DNA of 64,000 bases from an uncultured virus (IMG/VR IMGVR_UViG_3300037517_002797) (lineage: Duplodnaviria > Heunggongvirae > Uroviricota > Caudoviricetes): the IMG/VR virus record IMGVR_UViG_3300037517_002797. One strand, 5' to 3'. Each line of letters begins with the position of its first letter. Position 1 is the stretch's first letter. The notes beneath the pieces were generated by a model that searched no databases, was not told the origin of the DNA, and saw nothing but the letters and a program-made list of their open reading frames with translations. Below, piece after piece: positions 18,396 to 28,494 of this stretch. The position numbers and the translations under genes were made by a program.

Positions 18396-19394
18396 CTAAA
18401 TTGCAATTTTCTTAGTGTAGACCTCGCTCTTAAGCATCATCTGTACTTGCGGATACGAGACCTTGTTGTATAAGTTTATGTATGAAAACGGAGTGTCAAT
18501 AACACTATGTATGTCGCCTTCAAAGTTGTACCAATACGCAGGAGTTGTTCTTATTGCAGTAAACTGTGTGCCAGGCTTTGAAAAGATTCCATTGTAAAAC
18601 GCGGTACCAAGCAGCCCAGCGACATGTTCTGCATTATAGAAAAGTCTAATCTGATCTTGCATTGATATTCCAGAAGGCTGAACAACTGCGTACCCTTGCG
18701 ACATAAAGTAGTCTTCAATTGCGTCCTCAACCCAGGGCTCATTCCAGCGTAATTTTATTTGATCTTTTTTCCACTTTTGTCCAGTGCTTGCGTAGTCTGG
18801 ATGTTTTGGCAATTCTTCACTAACAATTTTTCTTGTCAAAAATATCTTTTTAGGCAGCGACGTGTCTTCAATTGCGTACTGGCTAAAGAACTCTCTAAGC
18901 TCTAGATTTAGCGTAGGAGTCATTCCATAGTCGTGTCTAGGGAAATGTGTGTTTGCTATGATCATTTGGCTGTCATACATTACGACGAGCTTTTCAATAA
19001 GAACAACAGTGTTTTTAAGATCGGTGTCTTTTAGCCTAATTCCATCAAAGCTTTTCATCATGCTAAACACAAGATCATGGACTGGCTTCATGTTTTGGTA
19101 CTTGGGAAAGAAAAAGTGTTCATGATCAATCCACAAGTATTTAGCGTCTTTATCTTTAGTTCTTCTTGTATGTAAAAAGACTGAAAGATACTCTTTAAGA
19201 AAATGAAAGTAATGCGGCACACCAGTGAAAATTACGTATGTTCCATTCAAACATATTGTGTTTTCATCTGCAGTCGTGCCACCAAGAATTACATTCTCAA
19301 AAGTGTACATAACTCCGTTTGGGTCGTCTTCAGCGACAACCCTGTCATATGTAGCACCGTAGTTAAGCAAGTCTGGTGTAGCTTTGTGTGCCAT
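18396..19394 (-). CDS. glycosyltransferase family 61 (DUF563)-like protein
   Basis: HYFHF, KIFLTR, SMQDQIRLFYNA..VAG..GTAFYN.IF. Confidence 0.7.
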   Translation of the reverse strand: MAHKATPDLLNYGATYDRVVAEDDPNGVMYTFENVILGGTTADENTICLNGTYVIFTGVPHYFHFLKEYLSVFLHTRRTKDKDAKYLWIDHEHFFFPKYQNMKPVHDLVFSMMKSFDGIRLKDTDLKNTVVLIEKLVVMYDSQMIIANTHFPRHDYGMTPTLNLELREFFSQYAIEDTSLPKKIFLTRKIVSEELPKHPDYASTGQKWKKDQIKLRWNEPWVEDAIEDYFMSQGYAVVQPSGISMQDQIRLFYNAEHVAGLLGTAFYNGIFSKPGTQFTAIRTTPAYWYNFEGDIHSVIDTPFSYINLYNKVSYPQVQMMLKSEVYTKKIAI

Positions 19395-19400
19395 AAAGCT

Positions 19401-19562
19401 TTACTTTTTCTGTGTTTTAGTGGCCTTTAAGCACTCTTGACACGTAACGTGCTGCTTACCAATTGACACCCAAAGCGAGTCGTCAGTTAGTCCACAGGCA
19501 GTTGAATAAAAGCTAAGCCCAGAACTTGCCTTAGACAGATGAACAACTGCTGTATCGCCCAT
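19401..19562 (-). CDS. small zinc-finger-like protein (53 aa, absent from ORF track)
   Basis: TAATG coupled to RNR; VH...TACG...VTCQEC. Confidence 0.55.
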   Translation of the reverse strand: MGDTAVVHLSKASSGLSFYSTACGLTDDSLWVSIGKQHVTCQECLKATKTQKK

Positions 19563-21610
19563 TACTTGTTGTTTTCCTTAATGAACTTAATCTCACAAGC
19601 GTCCGTTGTGCAATACGCTTCGCCAATAGCGTCTGCAGCAAGTCCACCGTACACACCTGTAAAGTCAATTGGAAACAACGCAACTGTTGCTTTGTTGTAT
19701 TCTTCTTGAGTAATCTGAGTATACGGCATCTGCGGGTATGTCATGTTGCCGCTCGGCAAGAACGAAACAGTCTTAAGCTGCCCGTCATACATGTGAAGTA
19801 CGGTTCCAACGTGCTCTGCTTCTGTTTCAGCGTTGAACGAAATTGTTACGGATACAGAGTTGTCTGACCAGTAGCGCTGTGCTGCAGCAGCCAATGACAT
19901 CTTTTCAAAGATGGTTACATCTTTTTCTGCTCGAGCTGCCTTTGACTTGATTGGAAAGAAAACAACGCTTGTTGTATCTGGCGACTCAGATGCTGGTTCA
20001 ACGCGGTAGTTAGCCATCTTGAACAGTGGCAACATTGGATCTTCATTCGCAAAGCGAATAGCGCGGTTAAAGAACTTTCCACCTGGTGTCCAGTGAACTC
20101 CTGGCGACTCACCAGCCAAGATTGAAACAGTACCTGAAGGCTTTACTGTTGTCATCTTGATTGACTCGCGGATACCCAACCACTCAGAATAGATGTTGTC
20201 ATATTCACGAATAACGCCGTAACCCTGATCCATCCAATCACGAAGTGTTGGTAGTCCATTGTTATCTGCAAAGTCAGCAACGCCAGACATTGAGGTTCCA
20301 ATGCGGCGGTTGCGCTGCATAATTGCGTTCGTCTCTTCCCAGTGCGTTGGCAAAAGCGTAACGGTCTTAGCGTAGAGATATGCAAACTTCAAAGTGCGCT
20401 TGTAGTCTTCAAGATTCTCGTGTCGGCCGAGGTATGTTTCAACCAACGTGCAACATTCATAAGACTCAAGTGACTGCTCAGCACACGGGTTGTAGCCAGC
20501 AACACGGTGATCTTTGTTGTTTGCTGGATCGGCAAGGCGACCATACTTACGCGACATGTCCATCCAAATAACACCAGGTTCGCCGTTCAAAGCGATGCCT
20601 TCAATGATTGGTGACAAGTCTGCACCAACTGATGTTGCTACAGAGTTATTGGACATCCAACCCCAACCCGGCGCTGTTGGGTCATACGAGTTTCGCTCAG
20701 GAAACTTTTCTGAATTCTTAAGGTTTAAGAAGTCTTGGTCATCAAGGCGACCAAGCAGCAACTCAGCCGAACGACGGACGTTGCCAGAAACTACGCAAAC
20801 TCCAATTAAGTTTCCAATGTCAGCAATGTCAACACGTGTAAGCTTATCGCCAGCACGATCAAAAAAGATGCGATGGATATGGTTGTGAAGCTTTTCAAGC
20901 GGCTCGTGCCCTGCCGCGGTTCCACCGAATGTTTTGATTGGTGTTCCTGCCGGGCGAACTTCGCTGTAATCAAAGTTTACAGGCAACTGATCAGCTTTCA
21001 AATACGAGTTAAGCAGCATTGCAACGGACTCAACCCAACCTTCGCGTGTGTCTGGAATACTAAAGCTAAGCGGTGCGCCAGTTGGCTTATAAATTGTAAA
21101 GTCTTTGTCTGCACCCTTGTCATCAAAACCAACGCCAACACCAAGCATTGATGCTTCCATCAAGAAAGCAAATGGTTTAGCTGGATTGTTCTTGTTCATT
21201 TCAGCAGTTGATACAAACGCGCAGTTTTGCAATGCGGCTGAGTTGCGCTGCACGTTGACAAGCGGTGTGCCCATGACCCAAAGGCCACGTCCTGGTGGAG
21301 TCCACTTCAATTGAAACAGGCGATCAAAAGCTTCCTTTGCGCTTGCTTGTCCTTTTGCATCATTCCACGGAAGGCGGTTTGCTTTGCAATGATCCTTTTG
21401 AAGTGAATACATGCCGTTGATAACGCGCTCACAAACATCAACCCATGTTTCTTTTGTGCCATCTTCCTTTAGCCGCGAATATGTGCGAAGAAACGTAATT
21501 TCTCCAACGGAGTTTCCAGCGGCATCAGCGTAGCCAAATGGCGCTTTTTGCCCCCGATACGTGCTAACGAAGTCGTCGCTTAGGCGGAAAGAAAATATGG
21601 ATGTTGACAC
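19562..21610 (-). CDS. nrdJ: class II adenosylcobalamin-dependent ribonucleotide reductase (RTPR-type)
   Basis: PPGRGLW, NCAF, GNVRRSAE, YNPCAEQ, TTVKPSGT, C-terminal CTTDACEI. Confidence 0.93.
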   Translation of the reverse strand: MSTSIFSFRLSDDFVSTYRGQKAPFGYADAAGNSVGEITFLRTYSRLKEDGTKETWVDVCERVINGMYSLQKDHCKANRLPWNDAKGQASAKEAFDRLFQLKWTPPGRGLWVMGTPLVNVQRNSAALQNCAFVSTAEMNKNNPAKPFAFLMEASMLGVGVGFDDKGADKDFTIYKPTGAPLSFSIPDTREGWVESVAMLLNSYLKADQLPVNFDYSEVRPAGTPIKTFGGTAAGHEPLEKLHNHIHRIFFDRAGDKLTRVDIADIGNLIGVCVVSGNVRRSAELLLGRLDDQDFLNLKNSEKFPERNSYDPTAPGWGWMSNNSVATSVGADLSPIIEGIALNGEPGVIWMDMSRKYGRLADPANNKDHRVAGYNPCAEQSLESYECCTLVETYLGRHENLEDYKRTLKFAYLYAKTVTLLPTHWEETNAIMQRNRRIGTSMSGVADFADNNGLPTLRDWMDQGYGVIREYDNIYSEWLGIRESIKMTTVKPSGTVSILAGESPGVHWTPGGKFFNRAIRFANEDPMLPLFKMANYRVEPASESPDTTSVVFFPIKSKAARAEKDVTIFEKMSLAAAAQRYWSDNSVSVTISFNAETEAEHVGTVLHMYDGQLKTVSFLPSGNMTYPQMPYTQITQEEYNKATVALFPIDFTGVYGGLAADAIGEAYCTTDACEIKFIKENNK

Positions 21611-21653
21611 GGAAATGACCTCGTTCGCAAAGATGATTGATTAGGAATTGAAA

Positions 21654-21887
21654 TTATACTTGGCTATCGTTCAACCAAGATAATTGATCAAACATTTCTT
21701 TACATTGCGGACATATCGGAAATCCGCTAGGATCTCGAGAAGGCACCCACACTTTTCCGCAGATTGCAACGATCGGAATTCCCTCAACAAGTGCTTTCGT
21801 GATCTCGTCTTTTTCAGCGTAGTGTGCAAACTTGTCGTGATCGCCGTCGTTGTACACAGTTGGCGTGTCGTACTTTAGATCAGTCAA
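21654..21887 (-). CDS. DUF3039-like actinobacterial protein
   Basis: FAHY..K..I....V.G....AICGKVWVP.RDP..FPICP.C. Confidence 0.8.
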   Translation of the reverse strand: MTDLKYDTPTVYNDGDHDKFAHYAEKDEITKALVEGIPIVAICGKVWVPSRDPSGFPICPQCKEMFDQLSWLNDSQV

Positions 21888-22128
21888 TGTAGTCAGATCC
21901 CTGAAATGAACATCTAGGGCACTTATTTTTTTGTTGTTCTAATTCATCTAATGCAAGTCGGTACATGGCTTTTGTCATAGCGTGCACTTCGCGCAGCTCG
22001 TCTAATTGACGACCCATGTCTTCAACTTTGTACTCTAGTTCTTTAAGGTACAGAAAAGTATTCTTATCCATTTTCTGAACAAAGCGTGGATCTTTATCCA
22101 TCATGACGGCTGGCAACTCGGGCACCAA
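21880..22128 (-). CDS. coiled-coil protein with C-terminal CxxC
   Basis: Overlaps both neighbours; true start probably downstream. Confidence 0.55.
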   Translation of the reverse strand: MVPELPAVMMDKDPRFVQKMDKNTFLYLKELEYKVEDMGRQLDELREVHAMTKAMYRLALDELEQQKNKCPRCSFQGSDYID

Positions 22129-22898
22129 TACAACGTGCGCCCGCCCATATCGTCTGCTTGAACAGTGTTGCTACAGACACGGCAAGGATTGCCAGTGCGC
22201 TTATAGACATAACTAGTTTGTGAACAACCATGAAGTTTTACCTCATCATTTGTTAGGTGACTTTCGGCCACAGTCTTAATCTTACCGTCTTCAGCACCAA
22301 CCTTTAAGAGACGCACTGAGTCACGCCATAGCGAGTCAAACTTGTCGCGATGCAATTCCTTACCTGGAACAAATGGCGACTGATTAGAGAGGAATAGAAG
22401 CTCAGCTCTGTACACGTTTCCTATGCCAGCAATGACAGATTGGTCCATCAACAGCTGACCAACGGTCTTCTTGCTCTTTTTGATCTTTTGCCATGCTTCT
22501 TCTGGATCTGCGTCGTCACGAAGTGGATCTGGGCCAAGACTATTCATCTTTCCCATGTACTTTTGTTTGTCAAAAATCTCGCAAGCAGTCGGCCCAACAA
22601 GGTCAGACACGTATTCTTCGTTAGTAATTCTAAGACGAATACTGTCTTTTGCCACTTGGCCTTTGTTCTTTCGTGTAGTAAACCAGCCATACAGCCCAAG
22701 ATGAATATGAACAATGTCGTCATCAAAATGAAAGAATAGGTGCTTACCTTTGCACGTCACGTCGGTCATTACTCTATTGTTAATGAGCTCGGCGCCTTCG
22801 GCAAATCTCCCTTGTGGACTACTTGCTTGAACAGTTGTTCCAAGGAATCCATATGAGTGAACCGTCGCTAAATGTCTTATACTGTGTCCTTCTGGCAT
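22101..22898 (-). CDS. nei: Fpg/Nei family DNA glycosylase/AP lyase
   Basis: N-terminal PEG, GKHL, HLGLYG, H2TH LMDQSVIAGIGNVYRAE, C-terminal zinc finger. Confidence 0.92.
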   Translation of the reverse strand: MPEGHSIRHLATVHSYGFLGTTVQASSPQGRFAEGAELINNRVMTDVTCKGKHLFFHFDDDIVHIHLGLYGWFTTRKNKGQVAKDSIRLRITNEEYVSDLVGPTACEIFDKQKYMGKMNSLGPDPLRDDADPEEAWQKIKKSKKTVGQLLMDQSVIAGIGNVYRAELLFLSNQSPFVPGKELHRDKFDSLWRDSVRLLKVGAEDGKIKTVAESHLTNDEVKLHGCSQTSYVYKRTGNPCRVCSNTVQADDMGGRTLYWCPSCQPS

Positions 22899-22915
22899 AT
22901 GCTCATTATAAAACC

Positions 22916-23860
22916 TTAGTCAACTGATTTCATCAACCGACTAACGATTTTCTTGTCAATTATCCCTAAATGCGCTGAAACATCTTCTCTTCCGTATGAA
23001 ATCACGTATTCGTCGCCTCGTTCAACTATTCCATTTGCAAACTCAATACCTGGAGCTTCAAAGCAAAACGGCGCGCTGATCTCAATAATCCACCCATCTT
23101 CGTCAAATCGCACGAAGTAATGCGAATAGGTCTTATGAACATACTCAAGCATTCCAAATGTTGTTGACGAGAATTTAGTGTACCGATTGATTTCAAGTGA
23201 GTGCATCAATCCGATGTACGTGCCGTTGCTGTATTCAAGTAGTTGGCCATTGCCGCGCAACTTATTGAGATGTGGATTGTCACGTAGGCGATGAATTACT
23301 CTGTCGCCAATTACAACAGCATTTCCATCATAAACATAGTCAAAGTTCTTTGGTTGCTTTGCGCAGGTCATCCAGTTTTTCTCTGGCTTCTTAGTTTCAA
23401 TACCAGGAAGTATGTCAACTCGAGTAACGCTTTTTGCACTCTTGTCCATGTAGCAAACGCAGTTCCGCGCAACGGGCACATTCCTTTCCAGGAACACACC
23501 CATGAACACCCAACCTTCCCTCCACACAAGCTTAGGGTCTTCGACTCCTCTGACGACTTCTCCTTTTACATCAATAGCCGCAGCGGAAAAATTGACTTTC
23601 CAAAGGTTCTCGTCTTCAATTTTCAAATCATCATTTAGCTTCGCAAACCAAACCTGATTGCGAATTGGTCCACCAGTAGTTACAAACAGCTCGCCATGTC
23701 CAAGAATGACGTAGTTGCTCGAGCGAATTGCTACGCAGTAGTTGCCCTTGTCATCAACAGCGATTGACGGATTGAACGCCGACCAAGTCTTTACATTCCG
23801 ATCTACAAGGCGACGAAGATGTTGAACTCGCCCGCCAAGTTCTTCAAGCGTAGAATCCAA
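22916..23860 (-). CDS. beta-propeller glycoside hydrolase-like protein
   Basis: FNPSI, GVEDPKL, EKNWM, IEFANG...ISYG..D; start uncertain (TTG 23860 vs 23923). Confidence 0.6.
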   Translation of the reverse strand: MDSTLEELGGRVQHLRRLVDRNVKTWSAFNPSIAVDDKGNYCVAIRSSNYVILGHGELFVTTGGPIRNQVWFAKLNDDLKIEDENLWKVNFSAAAIDVKGEVVRGVEDPKLVWREGWVFMGVFLERNVPVARNCVCYMDKSAKSVTRVDILPGIETKKPEKNWMTCAKQPKNFDYVYDGNAVVIGDRVIHRLRDNPHLNKLRGNGQLLEYSNGTYIGLMHSLEINRYTKFSSTTFGMLEYVHKTYSHYFVRFDEDGWIIEISAPFCFEAPGIEFANGIVERGDEYVISYGREDVSAHLGIIDKKIVSRLMKSVD

Positions 23861-24629
23861 CAGGGTACCGATCAACAACGCCAGATGTCTTAGTGCACGT
23901 TGCAAGAATGTTGTCGCCAACATTTGTCACGTTGACACCGGCAAGTTTTAGCTGATTCACTGCACCAGACAATCCGTCTTCAAATAGATCTTCAGTCCAG
24001 ACGCGCGGTTCAAACCCAGCGCATTTAAGAAATGCGTCAAGCGACTTTGCGGTGTATTCGTAGTTATGACGATGGTATTCACCCGTGCGATGGTAGTGCA
24101 TATAGAAATACGGCTCAACACCGTGAATGATCTTGTGCAGCCCACGCGAACTCAACACGTTTGGCGTTGTTACGAGCAACTTACCGTTACTTTTCAAAAC
24201 ACGATTAACTTCGGAAAGCATAAACATTGGATCAATTTCCATGTGCTCAATGACCTCACCACAAAGAACAAAGTCAAAATAGCCATCTTCAACTGGTAGT
24301 TCGGTTGTTTCAAGATCAACGCAAAGCGTTCGCAGCTTGAGCTTTTTATCGCCTAGGCCATGCATCATCTTTCCATCTGCGCTCCGCGACACGTCAAAAT
24401 GCGTCACAACAACCTCAAGATCTGGAAGAAGTTCTTTTAGCGCTAGTGGAATAAACCCCGAAGTGCCAAGCTCGAGCATACGCCCTGTTGGGTTCATACT
24501 GACGATGAGTTCAACTGTCCGTGCCAAACGCGCCTCGTGCCCACGATGGTAGTCGTCAGCGTCCTGAAGCAGCCCCCGAACAACCTTCTTAACTCTCTCA
24601 CTGACATTATGATAAGGATGTGATCTCAC
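23844..24629 (-). CDS. class I SAM-dependent methyltransferase
   Basis: LELG, FDFVLCGEVIEH, RVLK..G.LLVTTPN. Confidence 0.85.
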   Translation of the reverse strand: MRSHPYHNVSERVKKVVRGLLQDADDYHRGHEARLARTVELIVSMNPTGRMLELGTSGFIPLALKELLPDLEVVVTHFDVSRSADGKMMHGLGDKKLKLRTLCVDLETTELPVEDGYFDFVLCGEVIEHMEIDPMFMLSEVNRVLKSNGKLLVTTPNVLSSRGLHKIIHGVEPYFYMHYHRTGEYHRHNYEYTAKSLDAFLKCAGFEPRVWTEDLFEDGLSGAVNQLKLAGVNVTNVGDNILATCTKTSGVVDRYPVGFYA

Positions 24630-24714
24630 ATTCTTATTCTACGCTAGTCGCAGCGGAAAAAATGAACCTTAGTCAAATTACAGTCTTATTCATAATGTAT
24701 AGTTAGTACTCCCA

Positions 24715-25560
24715 ATGGTAGCATCACACGTTCTTCGCGGGTACTATGTAGACCCTAAGGCACCGCCCGCCACGCCATTGTCAAAAGACAAGGTACCGAC
24801 CACTCGCAAGATTGACGACATGGTCATATCACTTGCTAACTCGTACGGCTGGCCAATTGCGTATGCGCAAGAACAAAGTGGCAGACTTATTCATAACCTA
24901 TTCCCAATTAAGTCAAGTGAAACAGAGCAGATCTCGTCATCATCAAAGGTTGAGCTACAGCTTCACACCGAAACAGCATTTCACCCATACCTACCAGATT
25001 ATGTTGTTCTTTACTGCGTTCGCGGTGACTCGACGGCTGCAACAACATACGCTGTGCTTGACGATATTCTTTCGCACCTTGACACAGAACACGTCAATGT
25101 TCTTCGCCAACGAAGGTTTACAACGTCAGTTGACTTGAGCTTTAGAACAAAAGGCGAGCCAGATCAAATCGTCTTTACTGAGATTATCTCTTCTACAGAG
25201 CGTGGTCCTCGCCTAAAATACGACCACCAGCTTATGCGCGGAATAGATCTCGAGGCGCAACGCGCTCTTGATCATCTATCAGATGCAATTTCAAAGAGCA
25301 CAAGATTAGTAGTTCTTGAGGCTGGAGATGCGCTGGTTATCAACAACCACGACACCGTTCACGGCAGAACCCCGTTCACTCCACGATATGACGGAACGGA
25401 TCGTTGGCTCAAGCGCGCTCTTGTTCTGCGCAATTTGCCAATGGAAGCAAAGGGTGGAGTAATTAGTACTACGCACTTTGGAACAATTCTTCCTCAGATT
25501 GGAAACCCTCATCGGTACAAAGACATTAGTTCTCAACTAATGCAAGGAAGCCTGCAATGA
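24715..25560 (+). CDS. TauD/clavaminate synthase-like 2OG dioxygenase (AsnO/VioC type)
   Basis: LHTE, VHGRTPF.PRYDG.DRWLKR. Confidence 0.85.
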   Translation: MVASHVLRGYYVDPKAPPATPLSKDKVPTTRKIDDMVISLANSYGWPIAYAQEQSGRLIHNLFPIKSSETEQISSSSKVELQLHTETAFHPYLPDYVVLYCVRGDSTAATTYAVLDDILSHLDTEHVNVLRQRRFTTSVDLSFRTKGEPDQIVFTEIISSTERGPRLKYDHQLMRGIDLEAQRALDHLSDAISKSTRLVVLEAGDALVINNHDTVHGRTPFTPRYDGTDRWLKRALVLRNLPMEAKGGVISTTHFGTILPQIGNPHRYKDISSQLMQGSLQ

Positions 25561-25686
25561 CCAAAGCACTACAAGTTGCCATTGTTTTGTCCATAATGAT
25601 CCCTTGGTACTGTGTAGTAAAATCAAAGCAAGATTGATTCTGCTGTAATACCTGCAGCGGAAAACTGAGCTTTTAGGAGTAGTGCA

Positions 25687-26499
25687 ATGGCCAAAGTAGC
25701 CTGGGATTACATTGTCAAGGTTGTTCTTCCAAAGGACTTAAAAGGCGTAGAGCCTGGTAAGCTTTCACCAGAACTGCTTGTCTCAATTCCTGGTGGAGGA
25801 AAGCTTCACCGCCTCGCCGCCCAAGCGTGGCTTGCGATGGTCGCAAAGGCAAAGGCTGAAGGCGTAGAGCTAAAGCCAACAAGTGCTGGCGACACGTATC
25901 GCAGCTACGATAGTCAAAAGGCTGGATTTTTGCAACGCTATCAGCTCGAGCCAACAGGAACAAACTCAACAAAAGAGTTTGAAGGAAAGACCTGGCACCT
26001 CAAAAAAGGCATGGCAATGCTTGCTACACCAGGCAAGAGCCAGCACAACCTTGGAATTGCAGTAGACGTGCATTCAGCTTCAGAGCCAAAGCGTCTTAAC
26101 TGGTTGATTGCAAACGTAAAAGATTTTGGCTGGTCATGGGAAGTTGTTCCTTCTGAGCCTTGGCACATTCGCTATGTTGCCGGTGATGCAGTTCCTGCAG
26201 CAGTAAAGGCATGGGCTGATGCAAATCCTGGTGCAGTGCCGGCAGCTTCAGCTGCTCCTGCTGCAAAACCTGCTGCCGCAGCTAAACCAGCCGCTGGTGG
26301 TAAGCCAGCATTCCCGGGACCTCTGACAGCGGGTGCAAGTGGCGACGCAGTAAAAGCGTTGCAAGAAAAGCTAGGTGTCCCAGTCACTGGAACATTTGAT
26401 GCAGCAACTGGTGCTGCAGTTAAGAAGTTTAAGAATGCCAATGGCCTAGGCACTGACGAAGTTGCTGGTCCAAAGGTCTGGGCAAGGCTTTTTGCATAA
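25687..26499 (+). CDS. endolysin: M15/VanY-type peptidase plus PG-binding domain
   Basis: YRSY..Q, PGKSQHNLGIAVD, EPWH; Ala/Pro linker; VKALQ...G.FD..T..AVK.F. Confidence 0.88.
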   Translation: MAKVAWDYIVKVVLPKDLKGVEPGKLSPELLVSIPGGGKLHRLAAQAWLAMVAKAKAEGVELKPTSAGDTYRSYDSQKAGFLQRYQLEPTGTNSTKEFEGKTWHLKKGMAMLATPGKSQHNLGIAVDVHSASEPKRLNWLIANVKDFGWSWEVVPSEPWHIRYVAGDAVPAAVKAWADANPGAVPAASAAPAAKPAAAAKPAAGGKPAFPGPLTAGASGDAVKALQEKLGVPVTGTFDAATGAAVKKFKNANGLGTDEVAGPKVWARLFA

Positions 26500-26747
26500 T
26501 GATTGAGATTGTTGTTGCACTCATTGGCACTGTTGGTCTCATCTCTGTTGCGTACCTTGAAACAGAGCGCAGGGGATCAAAAAAGCGCTGGGCCGAAAAC
26601 AAAGATGACCATAACTTTGTTGTTGACAAAATTGAACAACTTGGCAAGTCGCTTGGTCGCTCGATTGACCGCGTTGAAGAGACTGGAATCCGCACAGAAG
26701 GAAAGCTCGATCAACACATAAATGACCACGCTACAGGGAAGCTATAG
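26499..26747 (+). CDS. N-terminal TM plus coiled-coil protein (lysis-associated)
   Basis: TAATG coupled to endolysin; ends LDQHI.DH. Confidence 0.6.
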   Translation: MIEIVVALIGTVGLISVAYLETERRGSKKRWAENKDDHNFVVDKIEQLGKSLGRSIDRVEETGIRTEGKLDQHINDHATGKL

Positions 26748-26754
26748 TTGCGTC

Positions 26755-26952
26755 ATGGGAAAGAAAAAAGGCGGCGGTGGTGGAGCTAAAGGCCCACAAC
26801 AGCGAACACGAACAAACCCACTAACAGGTGAGGTTGAAACAATTAGCGGAACAAAAGCAGGACGCAAACGCCAGCGACTATCGCTAGGCCATCCGTTGCG
26901 CACACACGATTTACGAGTTCCAACAAAGACGAGTCAAAAGAAAAAGAAGTAA
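26755..26952 (+). CDS. small very basic protein
   Basis: MGKKKGGGG...; TATAGT-N6-ATG. Confidence 0.6.
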   Translation: MGKKKGGGGGAKGPQQRTRTNPLTGEVETISGTKAGRKRQRLSLGHPLRTHDLRVPTKTSQKKKK

Positions 26953-27118
26953 CAAGCTTTCTAAATGACACACGAGCAGATGACATCATCTTCGCCGTAC
27001 TCTTAGAGAAAGGATTCATTGATAGTGACGGCGGAAAAGTTGAACGTCAGCGCGTTACAAATTCTAAGCGCTACCTTAGGGGTGTTCGTCCGCCGCTCGG
27101 AGGTGACGGCGGACAGCA

Positions 27119-27337
27119 TCACCCCATCTCCGAAAGCTTGGGCGCAGTTAGCCAGTGATACCACTGCTCCAATGTAATCTCAAAAGCGCGCACTGCGCTA
27201 TGATGATCAGTGATGCCGTCAATTAATGACTCAGCAAGTTCATTGAACTTTTTATCTCGAGACAGCAACAAACCGTTTGTTATTTCGTAGTCACGAACAG
27301 CGTGATGAAACAGATGATGCTTGTGATCCCTTGACAT
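27119..27337 (-). CDS. hypothetical protein
   Basis: TAATG coupling. Confidence 0.55.
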   Translation of the reverse strand: MSRDHKHHLFHHAVRDYEITNGLLLSRDKKFNELAESLIDGITDHHSAVRAFEITLEQWYHWLTAPKLSEMG

Positions 27338-27909
27338 TAGTCTTTATAGATTCGCCAGTTACCTAGCTTGCCTTTACTATTGACCATGATGTATCGTGCA
27401 ACGTTGACGTTGCAGATCGGATCTTTCAATCCTTGCATTTTGTTTTCAACAGCAGCATCGCCACATACAAGTTTTGTCACAGAGTACCAGCTCGAGTTGA
27501 TTTGCAATAAGCCAGTATCATACGAGCGATCTTTGTTAAGTGCGTATGTCATGTTTCCATTGGCGTCCCATTTGGCGTTCTGTGCCTCTGGGTTGCAACC
27601 ACTTTCGCGCCAGGCGATGTACGAAAAAACGTCTACTGGTAGCAACGCTGCCTCGTAAAGGAGAGGTTCCCACATCGGGCATCGCTTCTTTGGATCCCGT
27701 GGGTAGTTAAATCTTGCGTCATATGGAGATGCAACCACGAATGATTGCTTGTCTACGAGAATAACCTCTCGTGAGGTTTCTGTGTATTCGCCCATAGTCC
27801 CAATGGGACTCGGAGGTTCCTTGCCGCTGGTTGTGGCATCTACTACGAAACCAGTAGCTGCGGTTACCAAGCTTGCAAAAGATAATAGTATACCGTTAAT
27901 GAATCTCAT
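27337..27909 (-). CDS. exported lytic transglycosylase (SLT/lysozyme-like)
   Basis: Signal-like N-terminus; WRESGCNP.A.N, D.GLLQIN. Confidence 0.8.
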   Translation of the reverse strand: MRFINGILLSFASLVTAATGFVVDATTSGKEPPSPIGTMGEYTETSREVILVDKQSFVVASPYDARFNYPRDPKKRCPMWEPLLYEAALLPVDVFSYIAWRESGCNPEAQNAKWDANGNMTYALNKDRSYDTGLLQINSSWYSVTKLVCGDAAVENKMQGLKDPICNVNVARYIMVNSKGKLGNWRIYKD

Positions 27910-28140
27910 GTGTGCAGTCTCCTCGGGTAGGGAATAGGACGCTCAAGGACTGTGTAAGGTAGTTCTAACTATACCAGGTCAATCAATTGATTGTTACAAC
28001 TTACGAACAAAAAGTAATATGACCCTTTGTTTATATAGGAAATAACTTTTTAAGATCTACTTCTAAATCACGTTTTTCAGCAATGACATTCGTGATTTGA
28101 TGGTAAAGTTGTATTGTCATCGCGGCCGAAGGATTGACTA

Positions 28141-28494
28141 ATGTCTGCTGGTATTCATCACATTTCAATTGAGCAAGGTGCAACATTCACGCAGGTAATG
28201 ACGTGGAAGATTAGCGACGTGGTTGTAAACCTTACTGGATACACCGCACGACTAAAAGCAAGGTCAACAGTTGGAAGCAGAAATGTTCCGTCAATGTCAC
28301 TTACTAGTGCTGTTGGTGGAGACATTACTCTTGGCGGCGCTGCTGGAACAATTACCATTAGCCTAACCGCTACTGAAACTGCAGCACTAAACCCTGGAAA
28401 GTACACTTACGACCTCGAGCTTCAATCCTCGGGAGGAGTTGTTACCCGTCTGCTGAAAGGCAATTTGACGGTTGTCGCGGAAGTAACATACTAA
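28141..28494 (+). CDS. virion structural/adaptor-like beta protein
   Basis: IEQGATF...NLTGYTAR...YDLEL...RLLKG pattern typical before fibre genes. Confidence 0.6.
   Translation: MSAGIHHISIEQGATFTQVMTWKISDVVVNLTGYTARLKARSTVGSRNVPSMSLTSAVGGDITLGGAAGTITISLTATETAALNPGKYTYDLELQSSGGVVTRLLKGNLTVVAEVTY

Noticed and set aside
26940..27160. Possible -1 frameshift extension of the small basic gene
   Set aside because: An open -1 frame follows an A-rich run, but there is no canonical slippery heptamer and the product is unrecognisable
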